This document shows positions 1-10,685 of a stretch of 64,000 nt of DNA, one piece after another. A model generated the notes under the pieces. It had not been told where the DNA came from. It did no database searches and saw only the letters and a program-made list of their open reading frames with translations. Source of the DNA: Isosphaeraceae bacterium (GTDB lineage: Bacteria; Planctomycetota; Planctomycetia; Isosphaerales; Isosphaeraceae); the NCBI GenBank assembly GCA_046349995.1, contig JAXMBE010000046.1, forward strand, positions 2,810 through 66,809. Direction: 5' to 3'. Each line of letters opens with the position of its first letter. Positions within the stretch are counted from its first letter, which is position 1. The position numbers and the translations under genes were made by a program.

Positions 1-1094
1 CAGGCTCTTGCGACCGTTTCCGGGCTTCCGGAGGACGGGCCCTGGAAGGCGGACCTGCTGGCCCTCAGGGGGCTGGCCCTCTCGGCCCTGGATCAGATCG
101 AGCCGTCGCGCCAGGCGCTGGAAGAATCGCTCGCGCTGGACCCGAAGCAGCCGATGGTGGCCAAGGTCCTCGCCGCCATCTACTTCAGCCGGCGCGAGTC
201 GGTCAGGGCGATCGAGTACCTGGATCGGGCCGCGAAGCTCGACCCCGGAGACTTCCGCCCGTGGTACGCCATGGGCGAGGCGTTCGTCCGGCTGGCCCAG
301 CCCGAGGAGGCGGCGACGTCGTTCCGCCACCGCGCGCTTGGACCGCAGGCGAGACCACTACGAATCGAAGGTCGGGCTGGCCTCGGTCCTCGTGGCCACC
401 AAGCCGCCTGAGGAGTCGGCCCAGCTGATCGGCGAGCTGCTCCGGCTGCGTCCGGATGACCCCAAGGTCCAGCTCCTCGCCGCCTGGCATGAACGGGCCC
501 TGGGCCACGGGGACCGCGCCCTGGCGCACGCCGACCGTGCCATCGAGCTCGATCCCGCGCAGGCCGAGGCCGTCTCGCTGCGGGCCCAGTTGCGACGCGG
601 GGCCGGAGACACGGCCGGGGCCCTCGCCGACGCCGAGCGCGTGGGCTCGACCCCAACAACCTCTCGGGCCTCAGCCTCCTGGCCCAGCTCCAGGCCGCCA
701 GCGGACAGGCCGAGCGCTCCCAGCAGACCCTCGCTCGCCACCGCAAGGCCGTGGAGCGTTCCGAGAAGATCCAGAACCTGTCCGCCGAGATCCAGAAGAA
801 CCCCGCGGATCCCGCCCCCGCTGGAAGCTCGGGGACGTGGCCGCCGAGGGCGGCCTGAACAGGCTGGCGCGGCAGAGCTACCTGGCCGCGGCACGGCCAT
901 TGATCCCCAGGTTGCCCCAGGCCGCCCAGGGCTGCGGGCCCTCGGCGACCGCGGCCAGGGAAGCGGCGACCCGCTCGCGGCGTCGCCGTCCTCTCGCCAT
1001 CGACCGGGCGCCCGATCGATCCTCCCCGAGGAGACGGCTCACTTCCGCTTGCCTGCCGGGGCCCTCGCCGGCCGCCCCCTCGGCCTCGCGGTAG
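1..1094 (+). CDS. Tetratricopeptide repeat protein (5'-partial, broken by several frameshifts; 3' end uncertain)
   Basis: TPR-like helices continue across frames: AIEYLDRAAKLDPGDFRPWYAMGEAF (154..411), ALAHADRAIELDPAQAEAVSLRAQL (8..1228), WKLGDVAAEGGLNRLARQSYLAA (456..1094). Confidence 0.75.
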
Positions 1095-2951
1095 ACGCAC
1101 GTGCGCGAATCTCCCGCGGGGACCCGCTCGTGGACCTCGAGACGACCGGAAGGCCGGATCTCGAGCCGGTCGATCTCCTGATCGACCCAGTCCGATGTGG
1201 ACTCGAGGGTCCGCTCGACGAGACGTAACTGCCCCGCCGTCGATCGTGCGGACACCCGCGACCTGCGCCGATCGTGACCATGACCCTCGCGCCCGATCAG
1301 CGTCCCGATTGCCGCCGCCCCCTCGAGGCGGAGCAGGAACGGTTGCCCTGCCCGGGGGACTCGTTCCAAAGGATCACGCTGGGCGATCGCTGATGGACGA
1401 CCACGAGGGTCAGGTCGCCGTCGCAGTCGAGGTCACCGGCGGCAGGCCCCGGCCCGAGTGGGGCGACCGGAAGTACGCGCCCGGCCCCCGCGGTGACGTT
1501 CCAGGCCAGCCGTCGCCCTGGTTGTGCCAGAGGATCGGCGGATTATCGTGGCGGTACTTCTGCCGGGGTTCGGGGCGGATGTGCCCGTTGGTGACCATCA
1601 GGTCCAGGTGCCCATCCTGGTCGAAGTCCGCCAGCACTGCCCCCCAGCCGGTGAGCGGCCGGCTGTCGATTCCCAGGCCGGCCTCGAAGGTCTGATCCAC
1701 GAATTGAACGCCGGCCCCTCCGACGCTCCGGGGGAGCTTCCGCCAGAGGGTGTGGTGCTCGTTGAAGAAGTGGCTGATGATCACGTCGGGTGTGCCGTCG
1801 CCGTTGGTATCGCCGTGGGCGATGCCCATGTTGGCCTCCGCGGCGCCCTGGCCGTTGACGCCGACGCCCCAGATCATGGCGGTCTCCTCGAACGTCCCGT
1901 CGCCCCGGTTGTGCCAGAGCACGTTGGGCTGCATGTCGTTGGCGACCAGCACGTCGATCCGACCGTCCTCGTCGAAGTCCGCCGCGAGGCAGCCCATCCC
2001 GCGAGTGTCGCCCGCGACGCCGGCCCGGGCGGTTACTTCGCGGAAGCGGCCTTTCCCCTCGTTGCGATAGAGGAGGTCGGGCTCGCCGGGGAACTCCTCC
2101 GGCATGCCATACCGCGGCTCGCCCGTCTCCGGATCGCGCGAGAAGGGGGCCCGGGCGGGATCGAACCGGAAGTAGTTGGCGACGAAGAGGTCCAGGTCGC
2201 CGTCCCCGTCGAAGTCCGCGAACGCCGCGCCGAGGCTCCAGTGCGAGCCGGTCAACCCGGCATCGGCCGTGACGTCGGTGAACCGTCGATCGCGATCGTT
2301 CCGCCGAACGTGTTCTCGCCGTACCGCGTCGCCAGCACGTCGGTCTTCGTCGCCGTCGTAATCGGCGACCGTCACGCCCTGGCCATAGCCCTTCGGCTCG
2401 AGCCCGACCTGTTTCGAGACGTCGACGAACCTCCCGCCACCGTCGTTGCGGAGCAGGACATCCGAGCTGGTCGTCTTCTCCGGGCGGGGCGGCAGCGGGC
2501 CACCCTGCGTGAAGAAGAGGTCGAGGTCGCCGTCGCCGTCGTAATCCAGCAGCCCGACCCCGCCTCCGGTGGGCTCCACGGGGAGGAACTTCCCCGTGGC
2601 CCCCGTCTCGTAACGGAACGGCAGCTCCTGCGCGCGGAACCGCAGGGGACCGGGCGGCGACTCGTCGGGGTCGGCCCTCTCGACTCCGGGCTCTGCGGTC
2701 TTCCGATCGGCCGGCCCCTCGTCTGCCCCTTGCGCTGAAGGGGGGGATACACGACTTGGGAGCCCGGAGTCATGGTCGGATCGACCATCACAGCCCGTCA
2801 AGGCGACCAGGAGTGCCAGGAGGGCCGGCCCCGGCAGACCGAGCATGCCCCTGGCCCTGGCGGATGTCGCGGCCTTCTCGAGCGGACGATTCACGCGCAT
2901 TCGGAGAGCTGATTTCGGTTCGATCTCGGGCCCGGGGGCCGACTCTGTCAA
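878..2951 (-). CDS. CRTAC1/ASPIC-UnbV family FG-GAP repeat protein (frameshifted; 3' end approximate)
   Basis: Repeated DYDGDGDLDLF/DFDGDGDLDLFVAN/DFDQDGHLDL motifs in ORF 1410..2951. An ASPIC/UnbV-like C-terminal piece (IDRLEIRPSG) lies in ORF 878..1369. Confidence 0.85.
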
Positions 2952-3080
2952 CTTCCTTGATCCGGAACTCGATCGTAATCGGACGCTTCTCTGCCTGCCA
3001 AGCCCCGGCGATCGTCCCCGCGAGGTCGCCTCGTCGATCCCGGTCGGCTAGAATCGGTTCGGACATGCCCTCGACTCCGG

Positions 3081-5036
3081 ATGAGCCGCGAGGCGGCGGC
3101 GATGAAGGGAAACCGTGGCTTCGGGATGAAACGGACTGCCTGGTCGCGACGAACCTGGACCCTGATGACGGGCGCCGCAAGCGTGGGACTGATCGCCCTC
3201 GGGCTGATGGCGTCGGGGACGGCGTGGCGGCTGGTCCCCTCCTCGTCCCGGGCCTCCTGGCCGGTGAGCGGGTACAGCAACACCCGGCCGGGCGTGAAGT
3301 ACGTCGGGGACGCCGCGTGTGCCTCGTGTCACGAGGAGATCACGGCGTCCTACCACCGACACCCGATGGGGAGGTCCATGGCTCTGGGAGCGGAGTCGCC
3401 GGTGCCCGGTCTCGAGGATCGCGACGGCCGGGTCGGATTCGAGTCGCACGGCCTGAGCTACACCGTCGAGCGGAGGGACGGCCGCGTCGTTCACGCGGAG
3501 CTGAAGAAGGACGCCCAGGGGGCGGTCCTCGCCCGGAACGAGTGGGAGGTCGCCTACGCCATCGGCTCGGGACGACGCGGCCGCTCTTACCTGGTCGAAC
3601 GCGACGGCTTCCTGGCGCAGTCGCCGATGAGCTGGTACACCCAGCAGATGCGCTGGGACCTCTCTCCGGACAGCCCCAGCCAGAGCAACCACTTTCAGCG
3701 GCCCATCGATCCAAGCTGCCTGTTCTGCCATGCGAACCGGTTCGAGCCCGTCCCCGAGACGGTCAACGCGTATCGGCCGCCGACGTTCCGTGGGCTGTCC
3801 ATCGGCTGCGAGCGGTGCCACGGCCCCGGCGAGCTCCACCTCAAGGATCCCGGCCTGAAGTCCGGGGGGCTGGACCCGACCATCGTCAATCCGGCGCGGC
3901 TGGAGCCGGCGCTGCGAGAATCGGTCTGCAATCAGTGCCACCTGGGTGGACGTTCACGCATCGAGCGGGAGAGCCGCACGGCGCTCGACTACCGGCCGGG
4001 GCTGCCGCTCAGCGAGTTCCTCGTCGTGCTCGTGGACCGGACACTCGGCGCGACCAAGGCGATCGGCCACGTGGAGCAGATGCGTTCCAGCGGCTGCTAC
4101 CGGGCCAGCGGGGGACGGCTCGGCTGCACCTCGTGCCACGACCCGCACGCACTGCCGGCCGCCCCGGAGCGGGTGGCCTACTACCGGGGGCGCTGCCTGG
4201 AGTGCCACGGCTCGGGGGCCGGCTGCAGCCTCCCCAAGCCGGCCCGACGTGAGAAGAGCCGGGAGGACAGTTGCATCGACTGCCACATGCCGCGCTCGCC
4301 GCTGGCGAACGTCGCGCACACCGCAGAGACCGACCACTCGATCCCTCGTCGCGGCGATGCGGAGCGGTCCCCGCTGGTTCCCTCGCGACCGGCGATGCGG
4401 GACGAGCCGCCCCTCGTGGCGATCGATGCGGCGACGAAGGACTCGAAGCCGGGGGTAGAATTCGACCGCGAGCTCGGGATCGCGCTGGCGGGCTTCGGCG
4501 TCGATGCGGCCAGCGACCGGGCCCGGCTCTCCCGGTTCGCCCTGCCCCGGCTCGAGGCCGCGCTCAAGGAGAACCCCGACGACCTGGTGGCCCTTCAGGG
4601 CAAGATCATCGCCCTGACCCTGCGAGGGAGGCCGGGCGAGGCAATCACGGCGGCGGAAGCGGCATTGACCCTGGCTCCGAACCACGAGCGGACCCTGGCG
4701 CTGGCCGTCCCGCTGCTGGCCGGCTCGGGGCGCCGGGACGAGGCGATCGCGCTGAGCCAGCGGCTCCAGGCGATCAACCCGCACGTCCTCGACTACAAGG
4801 TCATGCTCGCCAAGCTGCTGGCCCAGGCGGCTCGCTGGGGTGAAGCCGCCGAGGTCTGCCGGGCGGCACTGAAGCTCAACCCCCTCGACCTGACGGTGCG
4901 CCACATCCTCATCAAGTCGGCCCTGGAAACGGGGGACCGGGCGGCCGCGAAGGCCGAGGCGGAGACCTACCTCCGCTTCGACCTCGACGAGGGGGAGCGG
5001 AACCTCATCCGTCAGTGGCTGGAGAGTTCGCGGTAA
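3081..5036 (+). CDS. Multiheme c-type cytochrome (7 CxxCH) with C-terminal TPRs, copy 1
   Basis: CASCH, CLFCH, CERCH, CNQCH, CTSCH, CLECH, CIDCH; N-terminal hydrophobic anchor; TPR-like C-terminus. Confidence 0.9.
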   Translation: MSREAAAMKGNRGFGMKRTAWSRRTWTLMTGAASVGLIALGLMASGTAWRLVPSSSRASWPVSGYSNTRPGVKYVGDAACASCHEEITASYHRHPMGRSMALGAESPVPGLEDRDGRVGFESHGLSYTVERRDGRVVHAELKKDAQGAVLARNEWEVAYAIGSGRRGRSYLVERDGFLAQSPMSWYTQQMRWDLSPDSPSQSNHFQRPIDPSCLFCHANRFEPVPETVNAYRPPTFRGLSIGCERCHGPGELHLKDPGLKSGGLDPTIVNPARLEPALRESVCNQCHLGGRSRIERESRTALDYRPGLPLSEFLVVLVDRTLGATKAIGHVEQMRSSGCYRASGGRLGCTSCHDPHALPAAPERVAYYRGRCLECHGSGAGCSLPKPARREKSREDSCIDCHMPRSPLANVAHTAETDHSIPRRGDAERSPLVPSRPAMRDEPPLVAIDAATKDSKPGVEFDRELGIALAGFGVDAASDRARLSRFALPRLEAALKENPDDLVALQGKIIALTLRGRPGEAITAAEAALTLAPNHERTLALAVPLLAGSGRRDEAIALSQRLQAINPHVLDYKVMLAKLLAQAARWGEAAEVCRAALKLNPLDLTVRHILIKSALETGDRAAAKAEAETYLRFDLDEGERNLIRQWLESSR

Positions 5037-5061
5037 CCACGAGAGTCTCGCCAGCTCGCGC

Positions 5062-6534
5062 TCACTCGGCCCTGCCCACCAGCCGGGGCATGTGGGTGGG
5101 GCCGAAGCCGACGTTCATGTCGGTATCGAGCTGGAGCTCGTCCCCCAGGAACCTGAGCGAGAACCTGAGGATGAACGGGCTCTCGGTGAGGGCGATCCGG
5201 GCCGAGTAGGTATCGTCCCCCTTCCATGCGCCGCTGGCCGCGGCGGATTGCTCGGGGAACGGGCCCAGGGCCTGTCGCGATTTCCTCCATTCTCCGCGTC
5301 CGCAGGGAATTTCCCGGTCCTTCCCGTCGAACCGGAGGACCAGCGTCTCGCCCCGCTCGCCGCCCTCCAGGCGGACGGACTCGAGCTTGCGGTCGTTCGA
5401 AGGAAACTTGTAGGTCTTGCCCGCGAATCGGGCGGGTGCGGAGGTGCCTTGCTCGGGCCGGAGGGCCAGCCCCTTGAGCGTGGACTGGAGCTTGCGGCGG
5501 GCCTCCTCGTCGGTGGGCAGCGACCCGGACTTCATCGCGGGCAGCAGCTTGTCCCAGACGAGGTTGAGCACGGCCTGCATGTCCTTCAGGCCGCTGGTGA
5601 TGGCGATCACCGCGTCCTGCTCGGGCATGACGAGGCAGTACTGGCCGAACGCGCCGTCGCCCCGATAGGCGCCGTGGCGGGCGCGCCAGAACTGGTAGCC
5701 GTAGCCCTGGTCCCAGTCGCTCTTCGGATTGCTGCCGTTGGAGGTCTGCCGAGCCGTGGCCGCCTCGACCCAGGCGGCCGGCACGAGCTGCTTGCCCTGC
5801 CACTGGCCCTTCTGGAGATAAAGCTGCCCGAACTTCGCGATGTCTTCCGTGCGGACGCTCAGGCCGTAACCCCCCAGGCTGACACCCTGCGGGCTCGTGT
5901 CCCAGGTGGGGTTCTCGATCCCGAGCGGCTCGAACAGTCGCGGGCGGAGGTACTCGAGGAGCGTCTGGCCCGTCGCCTTCTGGACGATTGCCGAGAGCAT
6001 ATAGGTCGCCGGCGTGTTGTAAAGGAAATGCGTGCCCGGCTTGAACGGGACGGGATGATTCAGGAAGACCTTCGTCCAGCGTTCCTTCGTTTCCCGCAGC
6101 GAAGGCTCGGTCTGATGCCCGGTGTTCATCCGCAGGAGGTCGCTGACCCGCATCGCCTTGAGGTTGTCGCTCGGCTTCTCGGGGGCGTCTTCCGGGAAGA
6201 ACTTGAGCACCGGGTCGTCCAGGCTGAGCATCCCCTCGGCGATCGCCAGGCCGATGCCCGTGGAGGTGAAGCTCTTGCTCAGCGAGAAGAGCGAGTGCCT
6301 CAGCCCCGGCTCGTAGGGCGTCCACCAGCCCTCGGCCACGACGTGCCCGTGGCGGATCAGCATGAAGCTGTGGAGCGCGTCGATGTCCCTGTCCGCCGCC
6401 TCGATGAACTCCTGGATCGCCGGAGAGGGTACCCCTTGCTCCTCCGGACTGCTCCTCGGCAGGTCCGCGGCCAGTGCGAGGGGACTGATCAGGACGACCA
6501 TCGCGAGCGGGGCGAGACGCTTCATGGGCGGCAT
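5062..6534 (-). CDS. Serine hydrolase, beta-lactamase (class C-like) family
   Basis: Signal peptide MKRLAPLAMVVLISPLALA; SxxK motif FSLSKS; FLYN; GYGYQFW. Confidence 0.9.
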   Translation of the reverse strand: MPPMKRLAPLAMVVLISPLALAADLPRSSPEEQGVPSPAIQEFIEAADRDIDALHSFMLIRHGHVVAEGWWTPYEPGLRHSLFSLSKSFTSTGIGLAIAEGMLSLDDPVLKFFPEDAPEKPSDNLKAMRVSDLLRMNTGHQTEPSLRETKERWTKVFLNHPVPFKPGTHFLYNTPATYMLSAIVQKATGQTLLEYLRPRLFEPLGIENPTWDTSPQGVSLGGYGLSVRTEDIAKFGQLYLQKGQWQGKQLVPAAWVEAATARQTSNGSNPKSDWDQGYGYQFWRARHGAYRGDGAFGQYCLVMPEQDAVIAITSGLKDMQAVLNLVWDKLLPAMKSGSLPTDEEARRKLQSTLKGLALRPEQGTSAPARFAGKTYKFPSNDRKLESVRLEGGERGETLVLRFDGKDREIPCGRGEWRKSRQALGPFPEQSAAASGAWKGDDTYSARIALTESPFILRFSLRFLGDELQLDTDMNVGFGPTHMPRLVGRAE

Positions 6535-6815
6535 CCTTGTTGGGTGGCGGGGACCATCGGCCAGGCCCCTATCATCCGGGCTCGGCGTCCGGTCCGCAAT
6601 CGTCCGCCGCCCGAGGTTCGCGTCCCCGTCGACTCCAGGGAGCCGAGCTCCCGGTTCCACCACTCCAATCCCTGATCCGATCAAGCATCCCGTCGCCGAC
6701 CAGGGTCGTGGGCTGGTGGGTCAATGCCGCCTCCGCGGTCCGACGCCGTCGCCGACGTCGCCTAATCAATTAGCCGACGCTCGGGCGTCGGGTCGGTCAG
6801 TTCCGGAGGGACGGG

Positions 6816-8732
6816 ATGAGCGGATTCGGGTGGCAGAGACGCCCTCGCAGGTGGATCGCGGGATTCGCCTGCGCGGGACTGGTCGTGATCGGCCTGATGG
6901 CGATGGCCGCGACGTGGCGACAGGGCGGTTCGCGACGCGGAGCCTCGTGGCCGACCAGCCGCTACAGCAACACGCGGCCGGGGGTGACTTACGTCGGCGA
7001 CGCCGCTTGCGCGTCGTGCCATCAAGAGATCGCGGATTCCTACCATCGGCACGCGATGGGGCGATCAATGGCCCCGGCGGCTGAGGCACCTGGCCCGGGG
7101 ATGGAGGCCCCGAACGGCCGCGTCGAATTCCAGGCCAGGGGGCTGGTCCATGCCGTCGAACGCCGCGGCGATCGGATCGTCCATTCGGAAACGAAGCGGG
7201 ATGCCCAGGGGCGGACTCTGGCCCGGGTGGAGGCAGACGTCTCCTACGTCGTCGGCTCCGGCCGGCGCGGCCTCTCCTACCTGATCGAACGCGACGGCTT
7301 CCTGATGCAGTCGCCCATCAGCTGGTATTCGCAGGAACACCGCTGGGACCTCTCCCCGGACAGCCAGGAGAGGAACAACCACTTCGAGCGTCCCATCGAC
7401 CCCAGCTGCCTGTTCTGCCATGCGAACCAGTTCGAGCCGAGGTCGGATACGATCAATGCCTACCAACCGCCGACGTTCCGCGGGCTGTCCATCGGCTGCG
7501 AGCGGTGCCACGGCCCCGGCGAACTGCACCTGAGGAATCCCGGCCTCCGTGCCGATGACATCGATCCGACGATCGTCAATCCGGCGCGACTGGAGCCCAC
7601 ACTCCGCGAGGCGGTCTGTGAGCAATGCCACCTCAGCGGGAAGTCCCGGATCGAGCGGTACGGTCGATCGGCCCAGGACTACCGGCCGGGCCTGCCGCTC
7701 AGCGAGTTCCTGGTTGCCTTCGTCGATCGGAAGCGACTCTCCTCCGCGAGCGAGTCGATCGGTCACGTGGAGCAGATGCGTTCCAGCGGCTGCTACCGGG
7801 CCAGCGGGGGACGGCTCGGCTGCACCTCGTGCCACGACCCGCACGCACTGCCGGCCGCCCCGGATCGGGCGGCCTACTACCGGGGGCGCTGCCTGGAATG
7901 CCACGGCTCGGGGGTCGGCTGCAGCCTCCCCGAGCCGGCCCGGCGGGAGCGGAGCCGGGAGGATAGCTGCGTCGACTGCCACATGCCGCGCTCGCCGCTG
8001 GCGAACGTCGCACACACCGCAGAGACCGACCACTCGATCCCTCGTCGCGGCGATGCGGGGAGGACACCTCCGATCATCCCCGAAGCCCTGGGACGTGACG
8101 AGTCGCCTCTGGTCGCGATCGAGGCGCTCTCGAGAGGGGCCGGCTCCGAGGCGGAATTCGACCGCGAGCTCGGGATCGCGCTGGCGGGCAGCGGCGTCGA
8201 GGCCGCGGGCGACCGTGCCCGGCTGGCGCGATTCGCGCTGCCCCGGCTCGAGACCGCGCTCAAGGAGAACCCCGACGACCTGGTGGCCCTTCAGGCGAAG
8301 ATCATCGCCCTGACCCTGCGAGGTCGGCGCACCGAGGCGATCGCCGCGGCACAGGCGGCACTCTCCCTCTCACCGGACCACGAGCGGACACTCGCCCTGA
8401 TCGTGCCGCTGCTGGGCGGCGCCGGGCGGCGGGACGAGGCCATCGCGCTGAGCCGGCGGCTCCAGGCCGTCAACCCGCTTGTCTCGGAATACAAGGTCGT
8501 GCTCGCCAGGCTGCTGGCCCAGGCGGGTCGGTGGAGCGAGGCCACGGAGGTCTGCCGGCAGGCCATTGGGCTCAACCCGCTCGACCTGACGGCCCGCTAC
8601 GTCCTGATCAAGGCCGCTCTGGAGATGGGCGACCGGGCCCTCGCCCGTTCCGAGGCCGAGACCTACCTCCGCTTCGACCTCGACGAGGGAGAGCGGGAGA
8701 CCATCCGCCGGTGGCTGGAGACCGTGCGCTAG
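6816..8732 (+). CDS. Multiheme c-type cytochrome (7 CxxCH) with C-terminal TPRs, copy 2
   Basis: Seven CxxCH motifs at the same positions; colinear paralog of 3081..5036. Confidence 0.9.
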   Translation: MSGFGWQRRPRRWIAGFACAGLVVIGLMAMAATWRQGGSRRGASWPTSRYSNTRPGVTYVGDAACASCHQEIADSYHRHAMGRSMAPAAEAPGPGMEAPNGRVEFQARGLVHAVERRGDRIVHSETKRDAQGRTLARVEADVSYVVGSGRRGLSYLIERDGFLMQSPISWYSQEHRWDLSPDSQERNNHFERPIDPSCLFCHANQFEPRSDTINAYQPPTFRGLSIGCERCHGPGELHLRNPGLRADDIDPTIVNPARLEPTLREAVCEQCHLSGKSRIERYGRSAQDYRPGLPLSEFLVAFVDRKRLSSASESIGHVEQMRSSGCYRASGGRLGCTSCHDPHALPAAPDRAAYYRGRCLECHGSGVGCSLPEPARRERSREDSCVDCHMPRSPLANVAHTAETDHSIPRRGDAGRTPPIIPEALGRDESPLVAIEALSRGAGSEAEFDRELGIALAGSGVEAAGDRARLARFALPRLETALKENPDDLVALQAKIIALTLRGRRTEAIAAAQAALSLSPDHERTLALIVPLLGGAGRRDEAIALSRRLQAVNPLVSEYKVVLARLLAQAGRWSEATEVCRQAIGLNPLDLTARYVLIKAALEMGDRALARSEAETYLRFDLDEGERETIRRWLETVR

Positions 8733-8946
8733 GTCCCGGGCCGCTCCGTCAAATTGCCCGGGGGAGATGGTTTCCTCCAGATGTCCTGCACGCGGCCCAC
8801 GCTCGAAATCCCGAGAGAGTCCATGTCCGGCGGTCGAGATGGTGATAGACTCCGCAGGATTCGTCGTCGTCCGTTCCGCAGCTCGCCCCGATGAGGATGC
8901 GAGGCCGGGCCGGGTGGGTCCCGCTTCCCTGACGGAGGTGCGATCG

Positions 8947-10428
8947 ATGTGTCATCTGGACTGGCTCGCAGGGACACGACTGGTGAAGGGGAGTCGCCCT
9001 GGGCTCGCCCTCGGCCTCCTGGTCCTGCTCGCGGCCGCGGCCCCGAGTCGGGGCGAGGATCGTGCGACGCGCACCGCGATGGCGCCGGGAAGCCTCGTGA
9101 TCCGCGATGTGACCGTCATCCCGATGGACGGGGAGGCGACGCTCCGCGACGCGACCGTGCTGGTGCGCGACGGCCGGATCGCGTCGATCGGCAAGGGGAA
9201 TGACGTCGCGGTCCCCGAGGGCGCGACGGCGATCGACGGCCGTGGCAAGTTCCTGTTGCCGGGTCTGGCGGACATGCACGTCCATCTCTACTCGGATGAC
9301 GAGGCGCCGGACGCGGTGGCGCCGGACGAGCTGGGCGTGATGCTCGCGAACGGGGTCACCACGATTCGCCTGATGATCGGCACGCCCGAGCACCTGGCGC
9401 TGCGCCGCGAGATCGAGGCGGGGCGGATGCCCGGGCCCCAGCTCTGGATCGCGAGCCCGCAGTTCACCGGGCGCAAGGACCAGAATGCTCGGGTCGTGAC
9501 CACGCCGGACGACGCCAGGGCGGCGGTGAACGAGGCCGCCGACGCGGGGTATGACTTCATCAAGCTGACGGTCGACATCACGCCTGAGGTCTTCGAGGCG
9601 ATCGTCGCCGCGGCGCGGGAGCGGAAGATCCCGGTCGTCGGGCACGTCGATCCGAGGGTGGGCGTGCGCCGCGCCCTCAAGGCGGGTCAGCACATCGAGC
9701 ACCTCGACAACTACCTGGAGACGATCCTCCGCGACGACGCGCCGAGCCGTCGCTCGGTGTCGAACTACGACGTCTTCCGGCCCGAGAACTGGGCGAGCCT
9801 CGACTTCATGGATCAGGGGAAGCTGCGGGCGATCGCCCGCGAGACGGCGGATTCGGGGACGTACACGACCCCCACGCTGACGATCCCCAAGGTCGCCTTC
9901 GCACTCGGGCAGTCGGATGCCGAGATCCGCGCGCGGCCCGAATGGGTCCTGATGCCGCCGAAGACGCGAGCCCTCTACCTGCGGGCGAACGAACGCTACT
10001 GGAAGACGGCCGCATCGGAGGAGCGGAGGCGGAGGTACGTCGCGATCCGGAATCAGCTCGTGAAGGAGATTCGAGACGCGGGCGGCCGGATCATGGCCGG
10101 CTCCGACGCGCCGGAGTGGTTCTTCGGCTATGGCTACACGCTGCACCGCGAGCTCGAGAGTCTCGTGGCCGCGGGCCTGTCGCCGCACCAGGCGCTGGAG
10201 GCGGCCACGGCGACGCCAGGCGCGTTCCTGAACGCGGGAGCCGAGTGGGGGCGGATCGCTCCGGGGATGCGGGCCGACCTGGTGCTGCTTGCCGCGAACC
10301 CCCTCGAGGACATCCGCAACACCACCAGGATCGACGCGGTGAGCGTGGGCGGACGCTGGCTGGACCGACGCGCCCTTGATCGGATGCTCGACCGGGCAGG
10401 GGAGCGTGTGGGGAAGCCGGCATCCTGA
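8947..10428 (+). CDS. Amidohydrolase family protein (secreted)
   Basis: IDGRGKFLLPGLADMHVH metal motif, GSDAP, GRIAPGMRADLVLL; signal peptide; start approximate. Confidence 0.9.
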   Translation: MCHLDWLAGTRLVKGSRPGLALGLLVLLAAAAPSRGEDRATRTAMAPGSLVIRDVTVIPMDGEATLRDATVLVRDGRIASIGKGNDVAVPEGATAIDGRGKFLLPGLADMHVHLYSDDEAPDAVAPDELGVMLANGVTTIRLMIGTPEHLALRREIEAGRMPGPQLWIASPQFTGRKDQNARVVTTPDDARAAVNEAADAGYDFIKLTVDITPEVFEAIVAAARERKIPVVGHVDPRVGVRRALKAGQHIEHLDNYLETILRDDAPSRRSVSNYDVFRPENWASLDFMDQGKLRAIARETADSGTYTTPTLTIPKVAFALGQSDAEIRARPEWVLMPPKTRALYLRANERYWKTAASEERRRRYVAIRNQLVKEIRDAGGRIMAGSDAPEWFFGYGYTLHRELESLVAAGLSPHQALEAATATPGAFLNAGAEWGRIAPGMRADLVLLAANPLEDIRNTTRIDAVSVGGRWLDRRALDRMLDRAGERVGKPAS

Positions 10429-10685
10429 GCGGGCGGCTTCATTCCTGTCGAAATCCGTTGCCCGGCGCCTTCCTCAGCAGGCAGCAACCAGGTCGAAAAC
10501 CAGGCAGGTGGCCACGGTGCGGCCTCGCTTCTGGTCAAGGTCGGGCCGCACCCCCACCCGGCCTACGGCCATCCTCTCCCGCTGCGCCGGCGAGGGCTTG
10601 AGGCCTGCACCCTCGGGAGAAGTCGCCGCGCATCGGCGGTTGAGGGTCCCTCCGAATCCAACGGGAGCGGCGGCCATCTGTTCGG

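Noticed and set aside
1-2400. Multiple frameshifts in the TPR and CRTAC1 genes as programmed recoding or true pseudogenes
   Set aside because: Scattered small indels near the window start while motifs remain intact; more consistent with sequencing or assembly error
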